A stretch of DNA of 59,667 nt, counting the filler, from Catajapyx aquilonaris (lineage: Eukaryota): assembly GCA_000934665.2 (NCBI GenBank). It is 2 parts of 2 records of this genome, joined end to end, with 100 filler letters (N's around TTAATTAATTAA, not from the genome) between each part and the next. Parts side by side here need not be neighbours in the genome. Positions count along the whole stretch, not along the records: positions 29,890 to 59,667 come from KZ539209.1; 1 more part is not named here. The stretch is one strand, 5' to 3'. This document shows, piece after piece, positions 48,203-59,667 of this stretch. The notes under the pieces are model-generated. The model was not told the origin of the DNA, did no database searches, and saw only the letters and a list, made by a program, of their open reading frames with translations. Position 1 is the first letter of the stretch; every line of letters starts with the position of its first letter. A program made the position numbers and the translations under genes.

Positions 48203-49759
48203 CTTCGACTATAAAAGAGGAGTGAGAAGTCAGCTCAATGTTCAATCTTTCTGCTGATTGTCCCCCAACCCCCACCTTCAATAATATAGAATAAATTATT
48301 AATGTAACTGATTGTTGATCAGCAATAGCCACATTTTGCACTGCTTATGCCGGGTCATTATGGTCTCTAGTCAGTGCCAACCGCCTCCAAGAACAAACAA
48401 TGGTGGAGAGGCAGGTGGGAAATGTGACACTTCATATCTATATATATATATATATGTATATAGCATGTTGGCTGTTACCCCTCTCCAGTTGTTGGGTTTA
48501 TTGATGCAGACATGGTCCTATATTCCAAATTGTCAATAGCTGATCAGTTTGTGTTTTTTGGTGGGGAGTAATGTGCATTGCAACCGAATAGTAATCTATA
48601 CACCCAGTTTCTTTGGTGCTCTGTAAAAATGATTCCAAGACTGGCAGAGGGAAGTGCATGAAAAAAGTGGAACACTAGCACCCAAGCTAGCACCAAGAAG
48701 TCACATTCCATGCTAACTGACTGGGCCTGCTGGAATATTCAGTATTCAGTTGGGTCACTTTTGACCAGCTTTTGACCCACAGTAAAATGAAAATGATAAG
48801 TCGATTTTAGTAGCATTTTTGTCGATACAATCCGGGAAATTATCACTTCAGCCGATAGATGGCAGCATTATTTACTCCAATTAAAGAGATCTTCGACCAC
48901 CCGCTATTTTTTAAATAAGGATAAACAATGTATACTAGGTAGACCAGGTAGACGCTCCCTCTCCCTCTGAAAAGTGGGCCCAACATCTCCAAGGGGGGGG
49001 ATCACGTGACGACTGGCAAAAGGGAGGCGGGAATACGAATTAGCGTGGCGCATTATGGTAATTGTGACTCTCTTTGCGCCGTGCCTGTGTAGCGTCTATT
49101 GGGACTAAAAATATGCAATGCATACCAAATGAAAGCTACACTTAAGCTCTGTCTCATGCCGTACATGTCCATCCGAGAGGTTGAGTGGAGAATCTGTTAC
49201 ACGAGGACATACAAAACCCTACACTTTGTCATTGCTTCTCGCAGTAAGTGCAGTTTTTGTTACTACATCACTCAAACAACCCCATTAAAATGTTCTAAAT
49301 ATTTATATGTTGTAAAGACAATCTTCCTCTGCAAATCACACCAACTCGGGGTCGATTATCGAGGTTGATTTAATTATTCGAAAATAAAAATAGTTAGCAT
49401 GGGCAAGAGCTCTTGATTACAGATACAGTCAATATGACACTATTATTTTTTTATAATAAAGTCAATAATAATAAAGTCAATAATAAAGTCAAATAATAAA
49501 AAGTCAATGGCACTTTCATTGCCTCGGAAACTGTTCTATAAACCTTATGATGGTGTACGTAGTTTAAATTAATACTGCACGTATCTCCCAAAATATTTCC
49601 TACACCATGTGTCATCATGCTGCAAAGACCAAAAGACAGAATGATCTAAGTAAGCTAATTTTGTATGCATCATTCTGAGCTACCTTACAGTGTTTTAACT
49701 CTGGTATCTATATGATTTACCTTGAATAATCTTATTCTGCTGTATTCTCATTTTTCAAG

Positions 49760-52384
49760 GCATCGTTGGAACTGAGAGATGCAGGAGAGGACGGGAAAAT
49801 GATAGCCGTTGTAACACGAGGTGCGGAGCGCCGTGTATTCACTGTAGTTGAGAGATGCATAATGGATCTATGGACTAATATCGTTGTCCTGGAGGTGCAT
49901 CCTGTCGTGGATCCCCTCGACCCTATGGTCAGTATGCATCAGCTTAAAAATAACGTTGATATTTTTTTTTCAAAATTATAACCATTTATAACACTACATA
50001 AAATTACCTACTGCTATACGGTACCTCATTTATTCTTTTTTTTTTTTTTTTAATGTACCCCGTTGTGGGCCTAAGCCCTATAGGGGAGTGGGACACCACC
50101 ATTTCTTTTTGTTCGATTTTCTATATCTTCCAACTCCGGTGCAAGGACGAAAGGACATGGGGTAAGGATAGGGACTTTTTGGGGAGGGAACATAGGTGCA
50201 GGTGCAATGTCTACAAATGGGTCATGTGCTGTCCCCCAGGAGGTTAGGTTGCCAGACACCTCCTTGGTGCAGGTCAGAGACCCTCCCGACGCAGGTGAAA
50301 GGAAAGTTCCCCAGGCGGGGATCGAACCTGGGGCCTTTCACACAGCAAGCCGTGACGTTACCATCACGGCCACCACACCTCCCCCTACCTCATTTATTCA
50401 TATACGTATGTGCATGAATAGCATGATGTGCTCTTGAAATAATTGCGCCAGACAGCAAACTGTAAATGCCATTCTATAATTAAGTTTTATTCAAGCGTAT
50501 ACACTTACAACACAGGCCAACCAATGGTGCAAACACACCACAAAATATTATGCAGCATTAGTTACATTTAGAGAACGGATTTCTAGGTTTTTACCTCATT
50601 TTTATTCTGTAGGCAGAGTACCGGAACCAAACTATCCGTTTCATAACACAAGGACCTCAAATATCATAGTTTTATACTTGTAGAACATAAAATTGCATAT
50701 TTTGGGGGTTGGGACCTAAATGGCATATTAGCGCCTATTAGCGCCTATTTTCATATATTTTCACCTTTTAATGTTGCATAGGAATCGAAATAAATGAGAA
50801 CCTGCTTGATTTTTACTGCCTATTTAAGAGCTTATTTTGACTGTTTTCAGGGCCTAAATGCCTACCTACTTGAAGGTTTTTTAGAGCCTAAAAATCCTTT
50901 CTTTAGGTTTTAGGATAATTCAGGTTATGATTGTGTTTCTGATTATGCAAAATTTTGAGTTAATGAAGTGTGATTTATTGCATGTTGTTACAGTTTATTA
51001 TTTCCTCTTGCATTTTCTGTGACAGATGCACTGCCTTTGGTAATGGTGTATGATTTGTGTGCCTGTATGTGATCAGGAATCAATAGAAACAGATCAGCAA
51101 TGGAATCACCCTTGTGACGGTTTTTTTCTGTGGGGTTGGGAAAAACAAGGTGTACAAACCTGACACAAAGACAATATTAATACCCTTGAATATAAACTTC
51201 GCGAAGTCCTAGCTGCTGTTCCACATTAGTTTTCATATGCTTACTAATGACATTAGGCTATAAAATAATGTAGGGTAAGTTGGGGTAAGTGCGACAATGG
51301 GGCAAGTGAGGAATTGCTTCTAATTATTATGAAGCACAAGGTGGCAGGAGCTATCAAAAATCAGGTAAACGTTCACGACGACCTTTGCCCACTCTGATAA
51401 AAGTAGCACGATAATCTTACTTTCGTAACATAGACAAAAATAATATGGCCATGTTGGTGTTTTAACTTTTCCGGCGACTATGTACGAGTATCTATCGTAA
51501 GTATCTTTTGCAGGATGGTTTTTAAAAGGGGGACATCGTCGGGGGAAAGTGCGTGCCCAATTAATACGGATATGCCTATATGGATCGAAATGCAATATTG
51601 TAGGAATAAAGCTAGCGGTCGCCAAAAGAGGCGACGAGACATTTTTTTGTGGTCACCAATGGATATTCCGCTACTGGCGACATGCTAATTTCGAACACTG
51701 CACTGGTGTGAAAACACTCCACATAAATGCATTTTAACCAGATAATGCCAGTACTGTTGGCCAGCCTGTTGCGGAGCAGAGAATAAAAGTATAGCTACGT
51801 CCTGGAAAAACTTCTTGGATTTTTTAAAATTCGGAAAAATTTATATAGACTGACGGAGGAAGTTAGTGTCTTTGTGGTACGATTCCTATGCAACCCGAGC
51901 AATGTTTATTACTGTGAGAGAATTCCACAAACGTACTTACCCCATATCGCGGGGCAAGTGCTGCACCTGCACCACGTGCATATTTTGATTATTTTTAGGA
52001 GCACCCACATAATAATAGATGAATGTTATGTAATAGGCCAATTTGAAAGCCAATAACGTATATAAGGTACGGTATATTGTTCATTACTTTTTTCTCTCAC
52101 TTGCTAATTACTGAGGAAATAGCATGCTTTTAAACTGCACCTAATCAAAATCCGGCCGCACTTACCACAACTTACCCTATTTTTAGTTTCTTCGAGCTGG
52201 CCCAGCCACCACCAGGGGCAGACGCAGGGGTGGCAGCAGGGGTGGCAGCAGGGGTGGAAGCAGGGGTGGCAGCAGGGGTGGCAGCAGGGGTGGCAGCAGG
52301 GGTGGCAGCAGGGGTGGCAGCAGGGGTGGCAGCAGGGGTGGAAACCGAGGTAGAGGCAGGGGTGGAAGCCGGAGCCGCCGCTAG
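49760..52384 (+). CDS. Candidate small spliced gene with RGG-rich C-terminus
   Basis: Exon 49760-49927 (tttttcaAG ... ATG|GTCAGT, open, phase 0) joins exon 52187-52384 (ttttttAG): FLRAGPATTRGRR(RGGS)9RGGNRGRGRGGSRSRR*. Upstream donor GCA|GTAAGT at ~49244; AATAAA at 52873. Confidence 0.4.
50036..50385 (-). mobile_element. tRNA-derived SINE (family C) with poly-A tail
   Basis: A box TGGCCGTGATGG, B box GGTTCGATCCC, T17 tail on + strand; 14-bp TSD TACCTCATTTATTC. Confidence 0.9.
50569..50907. mobile_element. MITE with TAGAGAACGGATTT terminus
   Basis: tagagaacggatttctagg ... cctaaaaatcctttcttta; first ~105 bp recur inverted at ~26835-26944. Confidence 0.6.
51273..52177. mobile_element. pogo-like non-autonomous element
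   Basis: TIRs GGGTAAGTTGGGGTAAGTGC / GCACTTACCACAACTTACCC, TA TSD. Confidence 0.85.
52226..52345. repeat. 12-bp minisatellite (AGGGGTGGCAGC)x10
   Basis: Ten tandem units plus one more at 52358. Confidence 0.95.
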
Positions 52385-54734
52385 CGTCACCATCGCCACC
52401 ATCGTCGCAGCCACCACCCAACCTGTCGTATGTACAGTACAGTAGTATGTACTAAATAGTGTATAGAGCACGATTTTGTGCAAAGCCCTCCAAAATATTG
52501 TCAGTTGACACACGTATGGAAGGATGGAAGGGCGTCACATACATGTGCGTCATAGGACACAATCACATTTGTATAGTTTTCTGCGCCAGAATATGTCTTT
52601 CAACTCGTATTTTCGTGTCGTATACGTTTTACCGTAGCGGATTAGGCAAAAAATTAACACATATTGCTTTATGAAAACCTTTGTTGTGTGCATTTTACGA
52701 GTTACATGCGAACGGTTGCTTTTACGGAAATCCGTGATACGGTTATGGCCGCTTGAAACCCCGTCAATCATTTTCATACACCCTGTATAATTATTCTGCC
52801 TCTATCATTACGCAATACGTACACCACTGATGGGTCCAGTTGCCATAATCTTTTAAGTTTTAAGGCGAGACGAATAAATCACCAACTGAGATGAGACGGC
52901 AGCGGCAGTGCACTTACACCCCTTTAAAGTGCACTGTACAGATGTCTCGTTTTAGGCCACAAGCTATATTACTGCTGCTTCGTGACACGATGGTAATAAA
53001 ATGCTACAGGAAAATAGGAATTAAAAGTCACATTCTGTGCCGCAGAAAACCACATGTGTGCCCTACGACATGTATGTGTGTCATCCTTCCATTCTCTCAT
53101 ATGTGTGACGCGTGTCACGTTTTAGCGTGTTATTGCACGGTGTAGAATTAGGATATGCAGTGTGACATATCACATGGCACACAATTATGTGTTTGACACA
53201 AAACTCGTTGACAGGATTGCCTGACGCGTGTTTGTGTGTCGTAATATGACATAGTTCTATGTCGAAAGTGTGCCACCCTTTTGTGGGCACATATAGGACA
53301 AGTTCATTCAATAAAATTAAGCTTTTGTGTCTCTTCTTGCAGGCCAACCCTACCTCCACGATGGCTGATTTCCTCTTCCTGTAAAGCATGGTGCAAAATG
53401 CGAAGCGCAGGACAATATTCGCAGATGTGCCTAACTGAAGAGGGAGAATAGGTCAAAATGGTGACGGCTATAAGATTTTGTTCACAGGGTGAGAGGGAAT
53501 GTTGTAATAATATGAATGGACTTCTAAGATCTATGTGATACTAAAATTAGATATTTTCGTGGGGTAATACCCCGTGATGGGGCCCTAAAATTAATTTGTT
53601 TGCTCTGAGCAGTTAAGAAAATAAATTGATTTGTTTTTTGTACTTCACTGGAAGGTTTAGTGCTGCAAAGTGCATCGCTCAATCGAGTGACTAAGGCTCA
53701 AATGGCACCTAGACAAAACGGAATGTGCCAAGTTCCAGGAAAAATACAGCATGAAGATAATATACATATACTGGGTGTTTCTTACTAGTAGGTCCACCGC
53801 CAGTCAGCGTATTCCTAGGCCAAAAGCAATTCATTACATTCCTTTCCATCATTCCCACTCGTTCCCACCTTGTAACCTAATATATTGCATCTCGGGAAAT
53901 TTTCGCGGTGCATAAACTTCAGGGGTGCATAACCAGGTTCTATCCCTTCCTTGCTTACACCCCACACTGTCCACTGTGACATCGAACAACCGAAAGACGA
54001 CGTAGTGTACGATGGATATTTGAATTGATATTTGCGTGCCCCTGAGACAAAAACGCGTCCACCCACCAACAACCTTCTTGGTATAGGAAGGGTAATTAAC
54101 GAAAATTATGTCCGTTATGGTCATCGATTTTTTTTTGCAAAAAATATACCGTATTTGACGGTATATAAAACGCACGGGCGTATAAGATGCACCCTCATTT
54201 CAACAGATAATATTCAGTGAAAAAATGTTCTACTATCCGTTTATTTAATATAGGCCCTTGTGTTTGACTCGAAACAACTCCCAGGTAAATGATCCAAAAA
54301 ATTAATGTTAGATAACGTTAGAAAGCTTGTTTAAATCCACGTTACATATATGCGAGTTAGTTTCCTATCATCAGTGTGTGATTTTTCATCGCAAGAAGGC
54401 GGAAAGGTGTCATTTTTTGACTAGTTGCAGACGTTACGCAGCAAAATGTATTTCTTTATGACACTTCCCGGAGGCAAAAAAAAAAATCATCCTGTGAACC
54501 CCGAATAGTGCAAATCTTTGTCTATCTAATGACATATTTGAAACTTAGAAATCGCCATTTTTGTCATTATAATTAAGTTAATTGCACACCTCTGTTATCT
54601 CGTCCGTTTCTCATCCGAATTACTTTGAGAATGTATCGACGTCACGCCAGAAATGTGTGTGATAATTTACACCGTGCTCCGCCGTGCTCTGTTACACTAC
54701 AGAAATTTTAAAAGTATTGTTTTAGTAAGTTTAA

Positions 54735-55215
54735 AGGAAGGGTTCAGTGATTTTGCATGTTGAGCTCCAAAAATCAAACACGACTCCCTGATTTGAAATA
54801 TCCGATCCGTTTTGTTGGCAAATGCACCATAAGCGTAAAATTTCAAGTCAAAGTTGATTTTTTTGAAAATCAGCGCCGAACACGGCTTCCCTCTAGCCAC
54901 AAGAGTGGAAGCTTCGATGCAGCGGTCGAAGCTTCCACTCTTGTGGCTAGAGGGAAGCCGTGTCCCGTGAAAAGATGAAAAAATGGGCTCCGAGACTAAG
55001 CCCATCTCATTGGCCACGGTGGTGGCAGGTTACCGGAATTTCCGCGGGAGGCGCTGGCTGTACGCTTACCGTATCGAATACAGTAGCGGATATGGACTTT
55101 CACCTAACGGCATTTGTTTACGCGGCGTCAGATTCCAAAACTGACCACATTTTTGGAATCAGGGAGTCTTCCTTGATCTCTGAAGCCCAACATGCAAAAT
55201 CACTGAACACTTCCT
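54735..55215. mobile_element. Kolobok-like MITE with internal perfect hairpin
   Basis: TTAA TSD, AGG termini, ~60-bp imperfect TIRs (aggaagggttcagtgattttgcatgttg / caacatgcaaaatcactgaacacttcct). Confidence 0.8.
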
Positions 55216-56755
55216 TTAATAGACCCAGTCAGCTTTCTGGCGGGAATAGACGGCGCGGCGCGGCGATACTTTGAAACACATACTCAAAACCGCTCAAAAC
55301 AGTGTGATTCATCGGCCGCTCGCCAGATGGCCGTACCGTTTCTTAGCATTACTTTATGCCGTGTTAATCGTTGTGCTTGTGTGTTACCAGAGATGGGCAG
55401 TATATTATACATGTTAGGCTCAAACCCCAACGGCCATTGGGTGAATAAGTTCCAAAACATTGCAATATAAGACAAGTGCTTTGGTTCACCCTGTACAGAG
55501 TAATGGATTGACATTGGGCTGTTATGCTGAAGACACTGGGTTTCGAATTCTGGCACCAGTCATCCTGACTTGAGATTACCGTAACTACACACTTATACAG
55601 TACGTTTTCTCTGGTCAGCGTAATTCAATGCCGGTCTCCATTCAAAAGGACAATGGTGTTTCTTTCCTACCCTGTCCTTCACCTTCCCTGAAATGAGTGT
55701 GTGCATCTGTGCTATTGCCTTCCCGTCCAGCTTTTCTTCCTTGCTTGGTTACGCTTATCAGGCCAGGGCGCTAAAGGCATATCAGAACCATATAAAGCCA
55801 ACCAACTAATAATAATAATTTTTATTAGGGTGCAACCCTAGTTTCTCAATATGACTAAAACTGAATCGAATGTGAATTAATTTTTCTGAGAGTAAAATAA
55901 AATTCAGTACTAGAAGGAGAACTTCGTTTACTTTTGGTATAGGTACAAAATTCAATGTACTAGTGGAGAAAAGAAGAGCCTTTATTTTATACTGCATGCT
56001 ATAGGTATACTGCACAATATTTTGCCTGAAGAGTCCAACCTGAGTTGAGCAGCAGGCCTGAAGGAAACATTTTGTTCGTCATACTGGGCACCATACAAGT
56101 AAGTGACTCAATAGTTAAGATAGTAGCTAGAAATTCGATAGATCTGGATGCTTATACTTCTGTTCTTTTTTCATTGACGGCTCCATGTATAACTTGGTCC
56201 CAGATATCCTCTTACATAATAATCCAAATGTGACATGTATAAATCATGCCCTGGAACGTTTCCTTTGCACATACTAATTTTAATGATAATGGAGTCTTGT
56301 AAGTCTGACGAGTAATATTGCAGTTGAGGTTTATAACACTTTATCTTCACATTTTCCACATGATATATGAAAGAACAGAAAAAGAGTTGTTCTGCACAAT
56401 AGAAGCACAGCCGATTGCAGATTTCGATTTTCAGTGTACGTATGACTCCAAATAATACCGACGACAATGCAACATATACGGTAAAATCAGTTTGTTTACT
56501 ATACTTACATCATTTCATTTAACAGTTTAAAGCGAAATTATGTCTATTTACACCTGTGGTCTTCCATGTTGATGCAAGGTTCATTCAAATGATTCTGAGC
56601 CAATCAACTATATTATATGGACATGGTTATGAATAAGTTCAGTAGCAATTATGATAAAAGTCCCATCTACCAATGTCTTTGGTTAATATCAGAGCGGCAG
56701 GAGAGCCAGACGATATTCGTAAAAATAACCTCTCCCTATACCCAGGCCCTGATTA

Positions 56756-57057
56756 CAGTAGGGACAAGATAACTTATGGGTTTTGGGAGGTGGCTTGTGT
56801 CATTGGCAACCATAATTAGCCCCGCCCCCTACCGGTCAACCAATCAGGATTCGATTTCAAAGGAGATGGGCGTTATGTTCTAAAACCTCAAATAGAATGG
56901 GATGAGTTTGCTTACACTAACACGATTGGTAACCCAGCAGGGGGGAAATATTTCCCCACCAATCGTTCTAAATTCTATACAAAAACTCAGCAAGGGCTAA
57001 TGGTTGCCAAGGACACAAGCCACCTCCCAAAACCCATAAGTTATCTTGTCCCTACTG
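56756..57057. mobile_element. Tc1/pogo-type MITE
   Basis: ~57-bp near-perfect TIRs cagtagggacaagataacttatggg..., TA TSD. Confidence 0.92.
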
Positions 57058-58211
57058 TAGACACAGTGGATACAACTGCCACAAGGCCGGGTGACGCACA
57101 GGGATATAGGATAGAAGCGACAGTGAATGAAAGAGAAGACTTGTCATGCATGGGTTATTCAAGTCTATTTCCAAAGAACACTAAAAGCTCCTCCCACATC
57201 CAGGTCAAACATCTGATACACGTCTCATAAATTGCTGCGGCAACTGATGCAGAATTCGTTTGACAACATTGTCAAAAACAGGTGTATCAGATGTTTATTA
57301 TTGGTCCAGTGCAGTGGGATTACAGATGTCTCAGTGTTGGGATTTTCACTACACTATATCTTGTTCCTGAACTTATTCGCCACCATGTCCCCTAGGACTG
57401 GATGGTTCACTTTCATTTGAATGACACTCATTGTATCTATAGAAACCAAAATATCATTTTTTTGCACAATAATACTTTACCTTTGAATAAAAATTAAAGT
57501 AAGTACCGGTACTGCAGCCACTTACTTGTGCAGTGCGAATTATTACACTGCCTGAAAATGTAAATAAATAGAAATACAAACATCATTAGATTCATACAGT
57601 ATTGACGTCAGGCCAAATTTTTAACTGAAACATGGAATTTCATGACTTTCCGTTGCACTATCTACATACTTTATCAGAGTCAAGAACTCGCACATCCATA
57701 CATAAATATGCTGTACATACGATAAGACACGCATAAGAGGACGGAAACATCTCATTAAGTCCTCACACATTGAGCATATACATATCGTTTACATAGATTA
57801 ATTCCTCATTTCATTAATGTCTTACATCAACTAAAGTAGTTTCTTTATTATTGACCAGGCAGTGTACATTGACATGCTAAATTAACCTGCGCATGAGTGT
57901 ACATACAATATATGTCAGTTAAGGTAGCCATCCAAATAAATATCACCTCTTTTTCCACAGTCCTAAGCTTCTTACTCCAAAAATTTCTTTTGTTATTACA
58001 AGTGTCTTCTACTTGTCATCCGCATGACTAGGCGTTACAGTGGGAAAAGATATTTTCAAAAATTTGTGTCTGAATCTGAAAGATGGCCTGATCCATAAGA
58101 CCCACTTGGATAGGAGAAGCCATTCCAGTCAGTACGCCAGCTGTCATATATGTTGTAATTGTTGTGGCCCTTTCCGGATGATGATGGTCGCTGAAATAGC
58201 CAACACATGAT

Positions 58212-58299
58212 AATTTATTTTTTTATTCAGTTTTACCTCCCATCACAAACAATATTGTGTGGGAGGGGGAGGGAGTTCACTCTCACAATAAACCATGGT
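58212..58299 (-). mobile_element. Short retroposon tail insertion
   Basis: 12-bp TSD CCAACACATGAT (58200-58211, 58300-58311); stem-loop ctcccatcacaa...ttgtgtgggag next to a T-rich end. Confidence 0.55.
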
Positions 58300-59333
58300 C
58301 CAACACATGATTGTAAATTAATTCTTATGAAAGTTCAATCAAGTCAATAAAGTAATATTTATAACTAGTTTAGAGGCAAAGAATACACAATGGCTCATAA
58401 GTGTCAACATAACCATTTAGAACAAGTTATCTAGGAGAGTTGAACTGTATAGATCATGAATTAGCTTAATTAGCTATTGTGAATTCTGCTCAACAAGCTC
58501 TCTTATTCCTAATGAAATGTCGTGAGCACAAATGGCTATTTTTGGGAGGTACAGTATAAAAATTAATGGGAAGTGACCTGAGATATCACGGATCTCACTC
58601 AAACGTCATTCGCTACGAGACATATCAGAAACCATCTTTAGTTCGATACATATTTGGCGAGTCGATACAGGAATTAAGTTACGGCTACCGATAATAAAGG
58701 AAGCCAGATGAAGGTCACCAAACCCCTAAAGAGACAGTTGGTCAAGAAGTAGAAAGTTTGTAGCAATTGTGTAGTCAGGTACAAGAACAAAACATCCTTT
58801 TCCGCAATTGTATAGCCCCCTCCTTCTGACAAGGCCCACCATTTTGCCAAAACCGAATTTCTGGAATATGTTGCAATCTTTTCGCTGCCAGGGAGATTTT
58901 TCATCGCGCGCGCTTCTCCGCCCATTTTCGCTCCACTTCCAGTTCGGAGATTTTGTGAAACCTCCTTTATGGAAATGGAATATTAATTTCGATATACACT
59001 GGGTCTTTATTCCTGAGGTGCGGTACGATGCCTAATTTCGTTTCCGCGTTAGACAGGTGAGATACCCCAAGGTGTTAGATATCCCAAAGCGGGTGTCTAA
59101 ATTGAAGATAAATGGCACGGATGATGTCATGTGCCGTTTTAATTTTTTTTTCTCCACCACTTCTTACACTGGGAAAAAGAAAGCTCATTGTTGAACTTTT
59201 TTTTGTAGTAGAAATTGTTATTTTTTCAATGTGGTTTTACTATGGTTTACGTCTATAACTGCAACCCCCAACGTCAACATAATATATATTATTTTATACC
59301 AATACTGCCAGCATGTGGCTACTGGCTAGCCTA

Positions 59334-59532
59334 CACTGTAAACCGCAAAACATTAAAAGAGCATCACTGGTGAGTCTCTCATGGAACATCAATTTTTAAT
59401 GCTCTTGCGATGCTCCCATGATGCTTTTTTTGTTGCTAAAAGCATCACAAGAGCATTATAAGAGCATTAACAATTGATGTTCCATGAGAGACTCACCAGT
59501 GATGCTCTTTTAATGTTTTGCGGTTTACAGTG
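59334..59532. mobile_element. CACTA/EnSpm-like MITE, apparently young
   Basis: ~60-bp perfect TIRs beginning CACTGTAAACCGCAAAAC; TA on both flanks. Confidence 0.88.
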
Positions 59533-59667
59533 TAGCTATACAGTTTCTGCAAAAGAAACTGTAATGGGCAGGCTTTGTTTAAAAGTAAACTTGTCAGCTA
59601 CAGTAGTCCTACTTATGCAATGGATAGACATAATTATGCCAAAGCATTAATTATGATAGAGTGTGTA

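Noticed and set aside
52104..52513. ORF-track proteins with CCHP, PAAT or AAGV repeats (metallothionein- or antifreeze-like)
   Set aside because: Alternative readings of the same 12-bp repeat without convincing starts; unit variants are non-synonymous in these frames.

Overview
Eukaryotic, intron-containing, repeat-rich genomic DNA from an invertebrate animal (arthropod is my inference from the transposon and SINE repertoire), with two assembly gaps. Gene content: (1) the 3' end of an intact Harbinger/PIF transposase-derived ORF that has lost its catalytic acidic residues (1-528); (2) a frameshifted SGNH-hydrolase segment bounded by splice signals (3974-4546, -); (3) a complete five-exon minus-strand gene for an unrecognised 191-aa secreted Cys-rich protein (9309-11835), reconstructed by hand with all intron phases compatible and missed by the ORF track; (4) the first coding exon of GABP-beta (20929-21036), with no later exons visible; (5) a multi-exon condensin SMC4 pseudogene (34396-41749) whose 5' 1.35 kb is duplicated in inverted, head-to-head orientation around a palindromic element with four CRE sites; (6) a candidate small spliced gene ending in an (RGGS)n tail (49760-52384). 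The remainder is a dense mosaic of mariner/Tc1 relics, hAT-, pogo-, Kolobok- and CACTA-like MITEs, long foldback elements and at least four tRNA-derived SINE families with clear target-site duplications. No CRISPR, rRNA or bona fide tRNA genes were seen. All family assignments come from motif recognition, not database searches.
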